From: a virus
Taxonomy: Duplodnaviria; Caudoviricetes
Strand: one strand, 5' to 3'
Length of the DNA: 24,762 nucleotides
Virus record (IMG/VR): IMGVR_UViG_3300012665_000787
Span: 1 to 24,762 of that record
Shown here: positions 24,428-24,762 of the stretch, in pieces
Numbering within the stretch: position 1 is the first letter of the stretch
Layout: each line of letters starts with the position of its first letter
Position numbers and translations under genes: made by a program
Notes under the pieces: model-generated
Databases searched by the model: none
What the model saw: the letters and a program-made list of their open reading frames with translations, nothing else
What the model was told of the DNA's origin: nothing

Positions 24428-24456
24428 ATGTTAACACAAAAGGAAAAACCTGTCAA
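24428..24456 (-). promoter_or_regulatory. Early sigma70 promoter cassette 6
   Basis: TTGACA-ggtttttccttttgtgt-TAACAT. Confidence 0.7.
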
Positions 24457-24677
24457 CCGTAGTACTTGAATAACCCTGCTAGCCCTATGGTTATTGCCAC
24501 CACGTTAACTATTAATTGTGGGCGGTTGCGCACTCGCAAGGTCCATGCTAGATAGAACACTCCCCCAGCCACGCCTGCTATAACGTTATAAGGGTGGAGG
24601 TGTGGGTAGAAAGACATTAGCACGTACATGGCCAGCAGACACACTGTGCCTGCCCATTGCAATGCGTTATTAATCAA
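24453..24677 (-). CDS. Small membrane protein with about three TM helices
   Basis: 74-aa hydrophobic ORF. Its TTG start overlaps the upstream TGA, and GGAG lies upstream. Confidence 0.7.
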   Translation of the reverse strand: MINNALQWAGTVCLLAMYVLMSFYPHLHPYNVIAGVAGGVFYLAWTLRVRNRPQLIVNVVAITIGLAGLFKYYG

Positions 24678-24762
24678 AACGTCTCCAAGTCAAATTCCAT
24701 ATCAGCTACCACAAGCTCTAGCATGTCTGCTAGTCGTGTCTTGTCTGCCTTGCTCAGTGTCT
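24674..24762 (-). CDS. 3' end of a hypothetical protein running off the window
   Basis: Open frame ...TLSKADKTRLADMLELVVADMEFDLETF*, ending in a TTGA overlap with the next gene. Confidence 0.6.
   Translation of the reverse strand, partial: TLSKADKTRLADMLELVVADMEFDLETF

Noticed and set aside
22181-24456. Repeated blocks considered as a CRISPR array or integron attC sites
   Set aside because: The repeats are degenerate promoter/SD sequences separated by whole genes of variable length. No cas or integrase gene is seen in the window.
1-24762. Stop-codon reassignment, introns or inteins in core genes
   Set aside because: The terminase part, UvsX, UvsW, primase and helicase read uninterrupted in code 11 at expected sizes. 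TAA, TAG and TGA all end genes.
1-24762. tRNA or rRNA genes
   Set aside because: No cloverleaf with T-loop and D-loop consensus was recognised in the intergenic gaps by eye.

Overview
A 24.8 kb segment of a large T4-like (Caudoviricetes) dsDNA phage genome using the standard genetic code. From 1 to about 15.8 kb it holds a core packaging, recombination and replication block, mostly on the + strand. This block has the terminase large subunit 3' part, a large acidic head-type protein, gp32 SSB, UvsX/RecA, UvsY, UvsW, a 195-aa miniature Pol III alpha (DnaE)-like protein, primase and DnaB/gp41 helicase. From about 15.8 to 21.6 kb are accessory genes in mixed orientation: an S8 protease, YqgE/AlgH, a Pol-beta-type nucleotidyltransferase, a miniature malonyl-CoA-decarboxylase-like GNAT, a degenerate IscA and a 2OG-Fe(II) oxygenase. 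After a structured intergenic junction (about 21.65-21.83 kb) comes a visibly GC-richer early region of small minus-strand genes. These sit in repeated cassettes of sigma70 promoter, palindromic spacer operator and SD. The most notable observations are the stripped-down DnaE palm protein, the mini MCD-like enzyme, systematic leaderless transcripts from TAAATA and sigma70 promoters, and a GGT-N3-ACC palindrome in most of six early promoter spacers. All product calls come from motif recognition by eye, with no database searches.
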